The notes beneath the pieces were generated by a model. It was not told the origin of the DNA, searched no databases, and saw nothing but the letters and a program-made list of their open reading frames with translations. Position numbers and translations under genes: made by a program. A DNA stretch of 64,000 nt, taken from Lingula anatina (Eukaryota; Animalia; Brachiopoda). The stretch spans positions 26,908,001 to 26,972,000 of the forward strand of contig CM120642.1 in assembly GCA_051362555.1 (NCBI GenBank). The letters are read 5' to 3'. Shown in pieces: positions 13,301 to 26,874 of the stretch. Within the stretch, counting starts at the first letter, position 1, and every line of letters starts with the position of its first letter.

Positions 13301-15320
13301 GTTTATCTACCTGAAACTAAAAGACGGAATATTTGACAAATGGTATACTAACATCTCAAAGCTGTTTATTCTATGCCAGCACCTTATCGCTTGTGTAGCC
13401 ATATATAATGCTAGTCACCTAATTTTATTGTCACTTTTTGGCGTCATTTCCACACCAGTTGTCCCACCGGTCATCAAAAATTCTCTTTGTTTCTTCCATT
13501 CCTTTTTTTAACCTTTGTGATACTTTTCATCGACAAAGTCTGATAGAAATAATATTTCCTGGTAGTGTTAAATTCCACTGGGATTTTTTTTCTGAATGGA
13601 GTTGTATTGATGGTTTAAATTAATTTAACACATTTCCTCATTTTTCGCCTTAGGAGGTCGCTTCTCATTGGTTCACGTAGGAAAAATTGACACAAAAAGG
13701 TCGTGATATGCTGCATATCAATTTTGCATTTCGCTTTCGTTCGTCAACAAAATAACAATGACGGTTATATCCTCGTAGCCAATGAAAATACAGTGGATTT
13801 GCACCCAAGTGTGATATATGTATTATTGATTAGAGTGCTAATATTTAATAATTGCCTACGCAAAACGTGGGATCAAGGTGTCCAATAATAGCGACATGTA
13901 AACTTTAAGTGTGCCTTTTAAAATAAGCCCAAAGTAATTTTAGTCGTGTTACATAATTCGTAGACAAGCTCAAGTGCTGAGAAGGTAATGCCCCAAGTGA
14001 CGTATGTAGTGTCATTCAAAGACATACTAAATTTAACCAAAGGGTTGATGGGACATTCTATTAGAAGCCCTACTGTTTACTCTGATTTTCTAAATTTGTC
14101 TCTTCCTTGAGTTTAGTGTATGTAACGGGATTTTTCTATTGTAGGTCGACTGGTGAAATGCCCATTTATAACCGAGTAATTATGGTAGCAGACATTGTTC
14201 TCAATTTGCGATCATTAAGCTTTTCATCGCACGTGGACAGCTATGGTGTTGCGTCGTATCACACCTACGTGACACTATTTTTGGTTTGGTTTCTGAAAGT
14301 ATATTGTAAAAAATCTACAGTTACTGAATATTTTTTACTTTGCGATTCCATTTTATCTACGAGTCTGTCAACCGATTATTTAGGGCAGGCCTTACGAAAG
14401 TTTTGCGTTTTATTGTGTTTTGCTATAAATTCAGTGTTGAACGTAGTTAATGAATTCCCAACTTTGGTGTATTTAGATTTTGTTGTCCTTCTTCAGTTTT
14501 GACCAATACATACAAGTTGCTGTGAACATAACTGACGTGTTGGGATATCGAGTAGGAAAATAGGGTAGAACTTTGTTACAGTGGAAACCATGTCACTAGC
14601 GGCACACATGATTTTGTTTAACGATTGTATACCATAAAAGCGCGCAAATAAACACACACAAATAAACACACACAAATAAACACGCACGCGCATGTCATTA
14701 TTTACACGTGCACGTACCTATGTACGCACTCTTAACACGCACTGTCATTCATAACAAAGATGCCAACAAAGACATCCTTATCGACATTCACCTAATTTGA
14801 AGCGACATGAATCTTAAGGGTGTAAGAAAAAACCGCTGAAGTTGTCAAAAAGAGTCCCCATGCTTATATTTTGATAGAACGGTCTTTCTTGAGATAAATG
14901 CATCAAACGAAACCACAATGTCCTTTATTTTCAAGAAGGGCAGTCTTAAACAGATTTCCATAACTTTTCAATGCGCTTTACTTTGCCAAGCTGCAGTAGG
15001 AGTTTATTAATGCTAGTTTTTTTTCTTTCTTTTTTTTTTACAAATTAATCTAATTCTGCTATTCCATCCCGTGGCTTGCTTTTGTTTCTTGCTTTCATGG
15101 AATGCTGGTCACCTGTTCTCGATCACAATAGTCTACGTGTATGTACATGGCTAACAACTTTCAATTTTCATTTGGGATATTTTTATGGTGCAGTATTCAC
15201 AAAATTTATCGATGATTGGTTCATTTTGGTTTGTGGGTCATTGTATGCATTTATCACCTTAAGGTTTCTTGTGTTTCGAGTAAGTTTCAATTACTTGGTG
15301 ATCACATTTCTCTGGCACGT

Positions 15321-15513
15321 CAGTGGCGGATTTACAGGGGGGACAGGGGGTCCTAACCTCCCCCCCCCCCCTTCGGTTTTTGAAAAATTTATCGCACCAA
15401 TATCCCCCTTTTGAAATTAGATGTTTGACTAGCTAAATCATAGTTCTAACCCGTACGAAAGGCCCGTCGTTCTGGACCCCCCCCCCCTTCAAATAATCCT
15501 GGATCCGCCCCTG
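15321..15513. mobile_element. Non-autonomous DNA transposon / MITE (CAG(T/G)GGCGGAT termini)
   Basis: Inverted termini CAGTGGCGGATTT ... GGATCCGCCCCTG; flanks CACGT/CACTT resemble a 5-bp target duplication; same termini as 29991-30158. Confidence 0.7.
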
Positions 15514-17118
15514 CACTTACATGTGTACACTTCGGCCTAATTTACTATCGAAGGACTGGATGCATTAATTGAACGCCGCAGGTGGTCACACACCCAGACT
15601 GCAGTAGCCTGTAACAGTCTATCATAAACAATGAAGCAGAGCAGTAACAAAATTATTTTAGCTGTAATACACGTGTACAGACTTTAAAATTAACCAGTAC
15701 GCGAATCATTAACAGTTTGAACACATACTGTGTTTTGGGTGTCAACTGTTGACAACATACCCTCTTTTACTCTTTTTGCTTCAAATCATCATGAAATTCA
15801 ATATTAGCAGATTTCTGGCTAAAGTTATATTTGGAGAAATAAAACAATTGTATGATTTCGTTTATTAGTCACAGTAAAAAAGGGATAAAAGGATATTAAT
15901 ATAAAGTGCATCTGCAGACAGAGTAATTACGATCATTGCTATAAAGGTACATGTATATCAACAGAAGAGACAGATAAATTGAGTCAATTACTTTCTGAAT
16001 ATTCACATATGCACTGAAACATCATTGATTTCCAAATGATTAGTTCGACTGAAATAGGATTATAGTCGTAAAATTAACAAATAAAGGCGTGGGCAGTTCC
16101 ATATCCCATATGACACCTATCCCTAACTGTATTGTTGCTTGTCTCACATATGAACCATTCCGGTCAAAAATGAGATTCTTGAGTGTCATTATTTTGTCAC
16201 ATAATAGAACTTATCTGTCAAAATATTTACATATCGTGTATTCCATAATGGTGATAAACACCAATACACAGATAAAATGCAAGAATAAAGTGTTGCGAAT
16301 TAACAATGCATTAGTTGATTGCTTATACCGTTTTCTGTCTGTTATTTTTATTGTCCGTAGCATTGGTTGATATACAGTACATGCAGTTTATCATACTCAG
16401 ATAAAGCCGTTGAAGGTTATCCAAGTTTGAAACTAAACAATACCTTGGCGAAGCAAATCAAATTCCGGCATGAATTTACTTAAAATTGATACGGTATCAC
16501 TGGGAGATGCGTACGGCACGTTATACACGCAAGCGAGTCACAAATTTGACGAAAACGTCGCTAAGTTAAGGCATATGGACTGACTTTTGAAAATTAAATC
16601 ATAGCCTGCTCCAATTGTTCACGCCTACTATTTCGTTGTTATATACAGAAATGAATAAACAGTTAAAGTAAAATGTCAGCTTAACACCAAAACTGCCAAA
16701 CCATTCTTCAATATACACTGCAGCGCTTAAACAAGTAGGCCTACATAAGGCGTTCTTGGCCAAATAACAATGATTTTAGTTTATCCTTTTGTCACCAGAT
16801 GTCAGCAAGTCTGCCCTGCTTCCAAGGCAAGGTAGTTTTTACATGTCATCTATGTGCTTTTGCTTGAACCGGAATAGAGCATCACTTTTATGAGAATATG
16901 AATAATATCATAATATTCCACTGCTTTATTGAAAATGGGTGTTTTCAAAAGTTAAGCTGCGATATTGCTTAAAGCATTTTCAAGACTGATGTTTGTGAAT
17001 TGATATCCCCTTTTTCACATTCCGAATTCGGTTAAAAGCTATAAGGAAAAAAACACATTTTCACACTTTTCTGAATGTCAACTGACCCGAAATACTCGTC
17101 CTATTGAATGCTTAACTT

Positions 17119-17772
17119 TTACTGCATGCTGCAAATCTCGTCCAATGCGAGACTGCAAGAGTCAGGATTCTCCCTGCAATACAGACAAGAAAAAGTAACG
17201 CTCCAAAGCCTGTTCCATCCTCGCCTGGACAAAGCGATAGCATCCTGATCAAAAACCATGTGCCTCTTTCCTTTTTTTTCGTTGTATGTCGATCTGGGCA
17301 CGCCCTCATAGCTCCGCCATTTAGGAATAACATTGTAGGAGGACGAAGATGAAACGAGAAGTTTTCTCCAGTTACGACTATCGATATTTCTTGCGGCATT
17401 TATCTTCAAGAAGATTGGGTCACTTAAGGTGCTTTCATTGATGCCGTTGCACTGCCCTGTATAACTGCACGGGGTAGTTTCGGGAAACACTTTAGATGAA
17501 GGCCGAAGTTTTGATAACACCCAAAATCCTATGGGAACAGTTTTGCCTTTTCTTAACAAATTTAACCCGGCGAGGACGTCTCTAAGATGTCCATTCTGAC
17601 TAGGCGACCAAATATGTTTCTGTTCTCTTCGGTCCGTAAGAGCAAAAAGATCTTTTAGCTGCAAATCTTTCTGCAGCGCAAAGTTCTCAAACAGCCGAGA
17701 AGGCGAGACGCCCAGTTGCGTGGTCAACCCAATTGCAAAGAAGAAATGGAGAAGTTTACTTGTCCAGTACAT
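17119..17772 (-). CDS. Putative secreted prepropeptide 3 (~217 aa from MYWTSK; open frame extends to 18018)
   Basis: A 900-nt stop-free frame in AT-rich DNA. Signal-like MYWTSKLLHFFFAIGLTTQLGVS; basic sites RR, RK, KKGKR, RR; C-terminal 4-Cys peptide GWNRLWSVTFSCLYCRENPDSCSLALDEICSMQ. Acceptor-like tttttgcag at ~17884. Start codon uncertain (in-frame MVMY upstream). Confidence 0.6.
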   Translation of the reverse strand: MYWTSKLLHFFFAIGLTTQLGVSPSRLFENFALQKDLQLKDLFALTDRREQKHIWSPSQNGHLRDVLAGLNLLRKGKTVPIGFWVLSKLRPSSKVFPETTPCSYTGQCNGINESTLSDPIFLKINAARNIDSRNWRKLLVSSSSSYNVIPKWRSYEGVPRSTYNEKKGKRHMVFDQDAIALSRRGWNRLWSVTFSCLYCRENPDSCSLALDEICSMQ

Positions 17773-19614
17773 AATTATAAGTCCGTCTCCCAGGCAATTA
17801 ACCCAATCAGATTCCAAACCCCAACTGGCGGTGTACATAACCATGTCAAAGGATGGAAAGGGCGGCTCATCACCACATATCAGCTGCAAAAAGTATGATG
17901 AATTGAAGCTTTGGTGCTGCAGACGGACGTTATTAGTTGCGCCAAAGGGACATCCACCAGGTTCAATTGCAAGGAACAGCAGCCATGTCGAATGCACGTC
18001 CCGAAGGACTGCTCTCATCGGCGAATTGAGGATTATGAGTAGACCCGATGGCCGTAGATGATGTGAACACGTGAGAAAGTTTCACCTTGTGATTTATGTC
18101 TCAAAACCACATAAGGCTGCTATTTCTCTAAACACGTCGTGCCCCCGCCTGGCCAGGCCTGGCAACACCAAAATGCTATTTATTACTAATGCTCGCTTTA
18201 ACCATAAGGTTATCAATGTTTTTTTTCTTTTGCAAAAGGTTTCTATTTCAGATTCTTACGCCCACTTAATTAATTGCCTACCGATAGGCAAGCGCGCCGT
18301 AATTACTAATGACTTCACCTCGATGTGGAACGTTCAAATGTGTGCAAAAGGTGCTTGCAACAAGTAATTCAATATGGAAAATATATAGGTGTGTTTTTCC
18401 AGTAGCATAAACATACGCGTCTGTATTTTTGTAGGAGACATCCCAATCCCTCCCTAATTTTCTTATTTCTTTCGATTTTTAGAATTCTACCCGCCGAAAG
18501 CAGTGCGTTACGTAGCATCTATTTACCTAATCTAATGGCTTTATCCATTAATTTCTTGATTAAAAAATACATTACCCTTAACACGCAGCTCAGTTTACAC
18601 ATTTATTATTTAAAGAATAACGCAACATTCTGCACTCCCTCGATACGTTATTGTTCATAAAAATAATGTGGATCAGAAATGATTTGCAGAGCATTTTCAG
18701 AGCAATGCAAAAGGACATTTTCCGAGAAAGTGGTGCCATGCTCTTTAAGCCTTACAACAAATGAATAAAGAATCATACTATATTTGAATATTAAACCCAA
18801 TTTTGTTGCACAGAATAAACACACAGTCCTGTCATTATATGGTTTACCCAGGTGAGTAATAAAATCCGCCTTTCATACCACCTCTTTAAACCTATCATAC
18901 TTTAAGTCTCATTGCCTTTATGTATCATTGCAAACGTCCACCTTTTCGGACATGGCGTTGGCGGTTGGCAGGTAACGCGATTCTCACAGGAAACCGCACT
19001 CTGAAACTGTGTTTTCTTCCATTGAGAAACGTGATACAAAACTTAAAGTTCAGCGAGGCAAGATTAATGACACATTTAAGTAAGGTTACTAAGTAATCTG
19101 TTAGCACAGTGTATTGGATTTTCAACGCTGCCCTGAAAGTGACCTGGTGCTAATCGATTTTAAGAGATGTTACTGGACAGTAACAATAACAGAAGTATAA
19201 TGATGTGGTTGTCAAATTGTAAAACTTAAAATTAACTGTACATTAACTATATATTGATTGGTGAAACATCAATATCAACAAAAAAAAGTTGGTCGTGTAA
19301 GTAATAAGTCACGTTTGCCTCAGGTTTAAAAGAAAGCTCCAGAGAAATGCTCTTTGAGTTTCTTTTATATACCGCACCTAAAAGTATTTTCTGTCGCTGT
19401 GAATCAATGATAAATAATTTGGTCCTCTTTCTTGTTTTTTTTACTCAAATATGATAATAAAATATCTGAACCGCTTTTTCCTTCGATCATGTTTAGGTTT
19501 AGATCAATGCCACAATACAGTGTACTTGCAACGTGGATCTGCCAATGCTATGCTGGAGTATCATATGCTCGGGTTCTGCTCATCACGGGACAAATGATAA
19601 AAGAATATAAGGAC

Positions 19615-19860
19615 AAAAGGAAGAGGTCTCGTCGGGGGACTCTTTTTCCTCACCCCGTCCCCCCCTCCCCCCCCCCCCCTCTGCGGGGCCCGAGGGTCTA
19701 AATTGCCAAATTATTCTTACTCGCTCATATTAAATTTTTGAAAAAGGTCCCGCCTGGGGGGGTTCCTTTTCGTCCGCAGAACCCCCCCCCCCCATCCCCA
19801 CCCCCACGGGGTCCGGAAGGTCCCTTTTGCCAGATTACTCTTATTTTCTCACAAATATGT
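19615..19860. repeat. Diverged ~120-bp direct tandem duplication with long C-tracts (G-runs on - strand)
   Basis: Two copies of AAAAGG..GGTC..CG..GGGGG..TTTT..CCCCCC..CGGGG.CCG..GGTC..TTGCCA.ATTA.TCTTA. Confidence 0.6.
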
Positions 19861-21200
19861 GAAGTGAACAACGTGTATATAAAAAAACAAAAAGGATCCC
19901 ACCCGAGGGTTTTTTTTTCTGTCCGCATGCAGAGAAGGGACAGAAATTAAACGAAAAAGGGAGAAAATAAGGAAGAAAAGAAAATATTAAAGAAAGAAAT
20001 CAATAACAAAGAACAACTTAAAAACCATTTATTATATCATAATAAGAACAACCAAAAGCAAAATAGTTCTTTTATTCGATTTGGCGTGAGATGATGTACA
20101 TAAGAAAAACCATATCACTTTATAGTACTGGGTATTTAGATAACACCAGTACCATCATTACATAGTTATATTTAGTGCTTTATCTTAAATAATAATAATA
20201 GTTACATCTGTTAAAATGTTATTTCTGCAAACATGTCCATCGAATGTTTTAACCGTTTTCATTTCTGAATATAATACACGTTCATTGAAACGTGCATATA
20301 TAATGTGCGTTCTTATACTTTCGTACTTTCTCTATGTATACTAGTATTACTATATCTCACTTCTGTCCAATTATAATTTCATTTGCAGAATATCTACATG
20401 CATCATAGGTTTAAATAGAGACTTGCTATGTTTGCTCTGTAATATACATTGCTCTTGTTATGGGCGAAGAATCTGCAATTAAATATATCATTAACATCAA
20501 TATAATCAATACAAATGTTCTGTCACTGTCTTAAAAACTTATCACAAAATTTATTAAATCGCGTCTACCACAGCTAAGTTTCGATTTTACACGTCCACGT
20601 ACATGTACAATTACTCTGACTACACTGCACAACAAAGTTTCTGGTTGTCTTAATAATGTTTACTATGTACATGGTCCCAGAGAGCATTCACATTGAGAAG
20701 AGCCGAGGTCTAGCAAGGCCGAGACCTAAATATGGCGGACCTACACGTAATCCTTTGATAATCTCTCAATGACATTCACAGCGTTCAAAACAATTTCATT
20801 TAAAGACACAATCAAGGAACCACACTGAGCTACAGGTATGGCGCGGCTGCTGGAGGTCGTAAAAATTTCTACCCGGCTACCGAATAGATTCATACCATTT
20901 TGGAGTAAAAAAAATGTATTGTTCTGACAAAGATAATCAATTCGCCCCTGATTGATAATGTCCTCATCAGTAATTGTGATTGGCCCTCCAAGTAAAGCGA
21001 TGCCCAAAACGAAAAAGAAAAGAAAAGAAAATCCTGGATCAATTTCTGATCCCTGCTACTGCGTATTAAAAGTTTTATTTTTGAAATTCCATTTCAGTCA
21101 TTAGTGCAATAGTGTGGCTTCTCTTAATTCCCTTTGGGAAAAGGCCCTTGGCTCGATGTTTGAGATGCCTTACTTTGGAAAAGATGAATCAGGCAATGAT

Positions 21201-24200
21201 TTATACCTCATGCGGATCAGGGTCATCGCTCCCGACATCCTCTGCAATGCTTCTTATGTGGACTACGGCGGTTTCAGGAAACGAGAGTGTGGGTCCGCTA
21301 TTATTTCCTTCATACTCGGATTCGTCCACGGGACTGTCACCATTCCAAACACTGGTGGGATTGTTGTTGCAACAAACAGTCTTCTTTATGGCCTTCTTAA
21401 AGTTTTTACAAAATCTCGTCAGCACGAAAGGTTTGATGGAGCTGGAAATGCAGGTCAAACAGTGACCCAAGATGGTGAAAATATTTTTCAGTTGAGCAAC
21501 CGTGACATCGTCTGTATTGACTCCGAAATCGGTACCTATTTGAATACAGTGTATCGGAAACCAAGCCACAAAGAAAATAATGAGAATCACCAGCACAGCC
21601 TTCGCACTTTGACGTCGTGCTCGCAGGGCCCCGTCATGACCTCCCTGACTTTGAACTTGACCTTCGGTCACCTCAGATTGGTGGCCAATACGGGAGGGCC
21701 AAAGTGCTCTCCACATCTTCCCGTAGAAAATGGTGACTGTTGTAAGTGGCAAGACAAATGTAACGCAAAAAATCGAAAGTGTGTATGCCTGTCTGTGACG
21801 CTCAACTTCCCAAACCTCCGTACACGCTTCTGATTCTTTGCCTTCTTTCCAAAAGGTAACTGTAGTGGTGGCAAAGAGAGCTGGAAGAAGCAGGAGCAAA
21901 CTACCGGCCCAGATCAATATTATAACTATCAAAGTGAGATCCGCAGTTCTGAAAAAAAAAAGAGAGAAAAATTTGTAAAGCCAGAAGAAAAAGAGTAGAC
22001 CTGCCCCATACGTGCGCACCAGTAGTGCTGCCTTACAGGAATGTGTTGTAGTAGATGAAGACAGAAAGAAAGACCAATAACAGACCTTATATACGGACGA
22101 GTCGTTTACTAAGGCCCCATTCAGAATAATAATAAGGAACTTACTAGTCCGAGGGTCAAAGATGGCCGACCCACTTGAATACTTCCCCACGGGATATCTA
22201 TTTAGTGTCTTTTAGCGGATTAGAAGGCAAGCTTTGTAGTGGGTCGCCATATTTGACCCTCGGGATAGATAGATAGTCCCCTATTCTGACTTGGGCCACA
22301 GATCTTTCACCACTAACACCCATATTGACCACATAACCCACAAACTAACCAGCACTACCAAAGCGGATGAATGTTAGTGCTAGGTATCGCTTTGTACGGT
22401 GTGTTGGTTAATTCGTGGGTTTTGTGGTTAATATGGGCGTTGCTAAAAGATCTGCAGGTAGTGTTAGTAAACGCCTTATCCATTTATGAGGCCTGAATAT
22501 AAACTATGACGCGTTGTGTTCAAGTCGAGCTCCTCTCTGCCTTGTACTTATCACAGAAATAATCCCCAAGCTTATAACGTAAATTAACTTTAATGGAGTC
22601 GCGGGTATGTGCATGCGACTCGTTATATAGTATCACTCAGAAATCTCTTATCCTTCATTGCTCTTATCTAACCTAAACGAAATTTACGATCTCGCGGTCT
22701 GTCACGCAGATATCTTGCATAAAACCAGGCAACGACCTGCTAATAAACTGAGTTTTGGTTTCTTTTTTAAACCAAGTCGTGGTGTTGTGTTACTTTTTTC
22801 TCCTAGAGAAAAAACAGGTTGGGAATCGTTAACCGAATCTAGATCTTCTCTAAGTAGGATAAGAGCTCTTTGAGTGAAATATATCCAGCCGTATTTCTAA
22901 GAACTCATTACAGTACCTTAAAATAACCATTTTTTACCACTAACACTTTTTCGCTTATTTTACGTTGAATAAGCAGTCTGAAATGTCTTTCAATTATGAC
23001 AATATCTGGGGCTGACATTTTCCTGGAATTGATGGCCTAAACAAGAGCAGACCCCTGGAGATATCGCCTGACAGCTAAATCCTCAAATGCTTTCGTGTTT
23101 CTTTTCATCGGTTTTACGGTTTCGTCTTATAAATGCAAGAGTGTAAACTCAGGTAATACTCCAGGAAAGTGAGAATATCGTATGACACTGTCAGTACATT
23201 TGGCACTACTGCACATTTAACCGATAAAAAAGCCAATATTTTGACTCAGTTATATTATACTAAGTTAATGAGAAAATTGAATATTTTACTGGAACTTAAG
23301 TTGGGACACAGATCAAGAAGTTTCGACCTTATTACAAGGGCTTCTTCAGGTGAACTGATTCTGAGTTGTCACCTTTGTCACGAGGTGACAAGCACCTAGC
23401 ACGATTAAAGTGAAATTCCGCCGATAGTTCACGGCAGAGTTCCTCATTCATTTATCACGTAAAGGATATTTTTTGCAAGTACCAAACAAATCTGCTCAAA
23501 TACATTTTGTGACATTTACAATGATGAAATTACCTGTTAAAGTTCCGTTAGGCCTCATTCAGAACAGTGGACTAACTAGTCCGCGGATTAAATATGCCGA
23601 CCCCCCCTTAACAGCTTGCCGCCCAATCCCCTAATAGACATTGAATAGATTCCAAGCAGAGATTACCAGCAACAAGCATTGAAGTGGGTTGGCCATATTT
23701 TACCGCGGACCAGTTAGTCCGCTATTGTGAAGGCGGCCTTACAGTGCCTGATGGGCTGCGCATTTCCTTGTCTGCCACTGATTACAGTGTCACGTACAAG
23801 AGAGCCCCTGTGATACAGGGTCTGGGTCCCATTGCTTTTCACAACTTAGAATTTAACATATTTACGTCACGCTAACTATATATTATCTAACCTGTATGGG
23901 TGTAATGGAGGGTGGAAAAAAAGTCTCTATCACCGCGGCTAATCTATGCCGCAAACTCGTTACTTTTTTCGTATTCATTTTTGGTGAGCAGATGCTGCTC
24001 TCCACCAGGGTCGCTGAGTATTTTTTCACTAGATATGCACAGAAATGTCTTTGGCTACTTCATGCCACGATTTACGCTGAAGAAAAAAATGCATATTTTT
24101 AATCTGCGACCCTGGTAGAAGAAAAGCAGGTGCAGCGTTTGCAGACGGAGGTCGCTTAGGTCATCAAATAAAGCACATTTCTTAGAAGTCTCGCAAAACT

Positions 24201-25143
24201 GGCAGAATTTCGTGAACAGATTTAAACCAAGATGCCGTTTTATTGTCAAGAAAAACACAAAAGTCTCACATAAAGCGTGACACGTTCCAAATGGATCCAG
24301 TTTCTTTATTTATTTATTCAAAACGTACACAAATGTGGATATTCTACTTGGATAAGTGACATATATTTTAAAAGAGACAAAAATGTAACATTGATTTTAT
24401 ATATAGTAAAATTATGGTCGAGAGAAGGACTGAAAAAATAACGGTGATTTGTGACCACAGTTTAATGCAAAGAGCCGTAGTGGATAGGTCAAACAAACGC
24501 ATTAAATAACATTCCATCATTTTCATTAGAAAAGATAATTAGACATCGCGACAAGACAAAGAACGGCTAAGCTTTTGAGCGGATATCTGCCTCTGGCGAA
24601 CCGCATGTGACGAGTCAGTGTGGTATTCAAACACCACGTGGAGAGATTAAAGGGCTCTGCAGCGTATTTTATGGATCAGGTGTCTACGCAGAAAAACACT
24701 TTGCAATGCATCGTTATACAACGTATGTACAAATATCACGCAGCGAAGTATCTGGAATGGACCGGGCCTTGACAAATCAGAAAAAAAATTGAATTTAAAA
24801 AAAGGGGAAAATGTCTTTTTCATACTAATCTAATAAAGGTATAATTTTTCAAAAAAAAAAAAAAACAGATGCTGTGTGCCTAAAATCTCGATTGTAAGGT
24901 TCTGTAACGCTTTTATCCAATTTGATATCTAACTTTAATAATTCTGTGTTTATTTTAACTTAATTTGATCTTTATGTTAATCTCTAAAATTCCATTTGAT
25001 CTCACAATTTACAACTTCAGGCTTTATGTTGTAATGATTTGAAAAATACATCATTATTATATCGTTCCTCTGTTCTTGCGAGTTGTGTGTGAGTTATCCA
25101 CCTAACTTTATACTTTTGAACACAAGTAAAAAGCAATTGCAGT

Positions 25144-25194
<51 letters not shown>

Positions 25195-26823
25195 GACTTG
25201 ACATTTAATATGGAATATTTCAGTTTCGAAGGTATGCCTAGGTGAAAATGCGTTCTTTTTTCACAAACTCCGATCTCATATAAGATATGTGAATGGAGAA
25301 GTGTGTAGTCAGGTGTGTCGCTACCAAATAACTGAATACCAGGTTTGTTGTGCTGCTGCAATATGTAATATGCAGTGATTTAATTGGGTAGTGCTCCTTT
25401 AGGCAGGTCAAAGCTTGGGTTTGGCAAGGCATGGTTCTGTCACAAAAATATCCATATATCGGCAACTACTGCATAGAAGAATTTGAAATTTTGCATGCAA
25501 GTGGTCGGGTCTGCAGTGTGTAATATGAGCTATGCAGTGCTTTACAAATTTGTTAATCTGTTGCAGAATGGCGCGTAAAAACAGGCATTGCCAGACAGAT
25601 AATTGCTCCAAACAAAACGGTCCGCACAGTTTTATAGAGTAATGCCCAGACAGATGTACCTACACAGAGGCCACACTCAATATATTGAAATCTTACCACC
25701 AGGGTACAGGACCCACTGTCTTTCGGGATATGCTGTTGCAACTAAACAAAAGCCACCCAGTCCGTTCAGAATGAGGGGTAAATTACCACCAAAACGCATT
25801 TTTCAAGGCCCTTAGCCAACACCAAACTGGTTTTAGCAGGTTAGAATGCCAGACGACCTCCCAGGAACCCACTGTAAACAGCAAAACATCGTTGTATGTT
25901 CTCTAATGAATTGGGGACTTTGACTGTTTCTGGATTGAACACTGAAATCTCGTGGCTTTCTTTATTGAGGTCAGATTTCACCTGTACCGCTCAACAATCA
26001 AAACAGAGATTACAGACATCCAGAAGAGGCCAACGACGAAGCGTGTGCCGCGTCTTAAGTGACTAAAGTCATTAACAGCGTCAGTATTTGGAGTGGATAC
26101 CACATTGGTGCCAAAGCACCAATGGTAGTCATCGACGAAAACCTGAACCAGATCAAATAAAGAAATAATCTCGAGTCCACTTGGCTATCATTTGATAGGA
26201 TGCAACTGAGGAACAATTTTAGGTTGCACGGTGAGATTGCCGGTTCTTACAGAGCACTTTTAATAGCAGGTTACTTACAGAACCAAGCGAATGAGCAGCT
26301 ACCTTGGTCATCAAAATCGCCATATTTGAACCACATAGACAATATGTGGGTAGGCCATTACTCGCTGAATCAATGTCCTACAACAAAACTGGACCAAATT
26401 GAAGAGATTTTGACCGATGCCTGGAATGTTATTCCAGATTGAACTTTAAAAACCTATCCCAAGGAATGCCTTGCCAATTGAGAGCGCTGGTAGTAGCCAG
26501 AAGAGGTTAGGCGTAACTGTGACTGGACACTGACATGAGGGTCCTTTGTGGAGCATGTAACTCTTTTACAGACAATAATTTGGAAAATATGGAGGTCCAA
26601 AATATCTCTTTTAATGGTTGTCGTATGACAAAGAATAGGCAGTGTGTTTTTGTTTGCTTCTCTGGCGAATTCCATTACTGAACTGATGTCACAATGACAT
26701 CAAAGAGATAATTTAAAGTTATTAAAACACGATTTTAATCCTTATTTTCATTTATCAGTCAGCAAAATAGGAAAAAACTGATGAAAAATGATTTGGAAAA
26801 AAAATTCTATATTAAATGTCAAG

Positions 26824-26874
<51 letters not shown>

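Noticed and set aside
21114-21833. 239-aa + strand ORF
   Set aside because: Antisense shadow of GPCR exon 3; no recognisable motifs.
21949-22190. N-terminal 80 aa of the 329-aa ORF (21201-22190)
   Set aside because: Intronic read-through upstream of the acceptor at 21949-21950; runs into a MITE.
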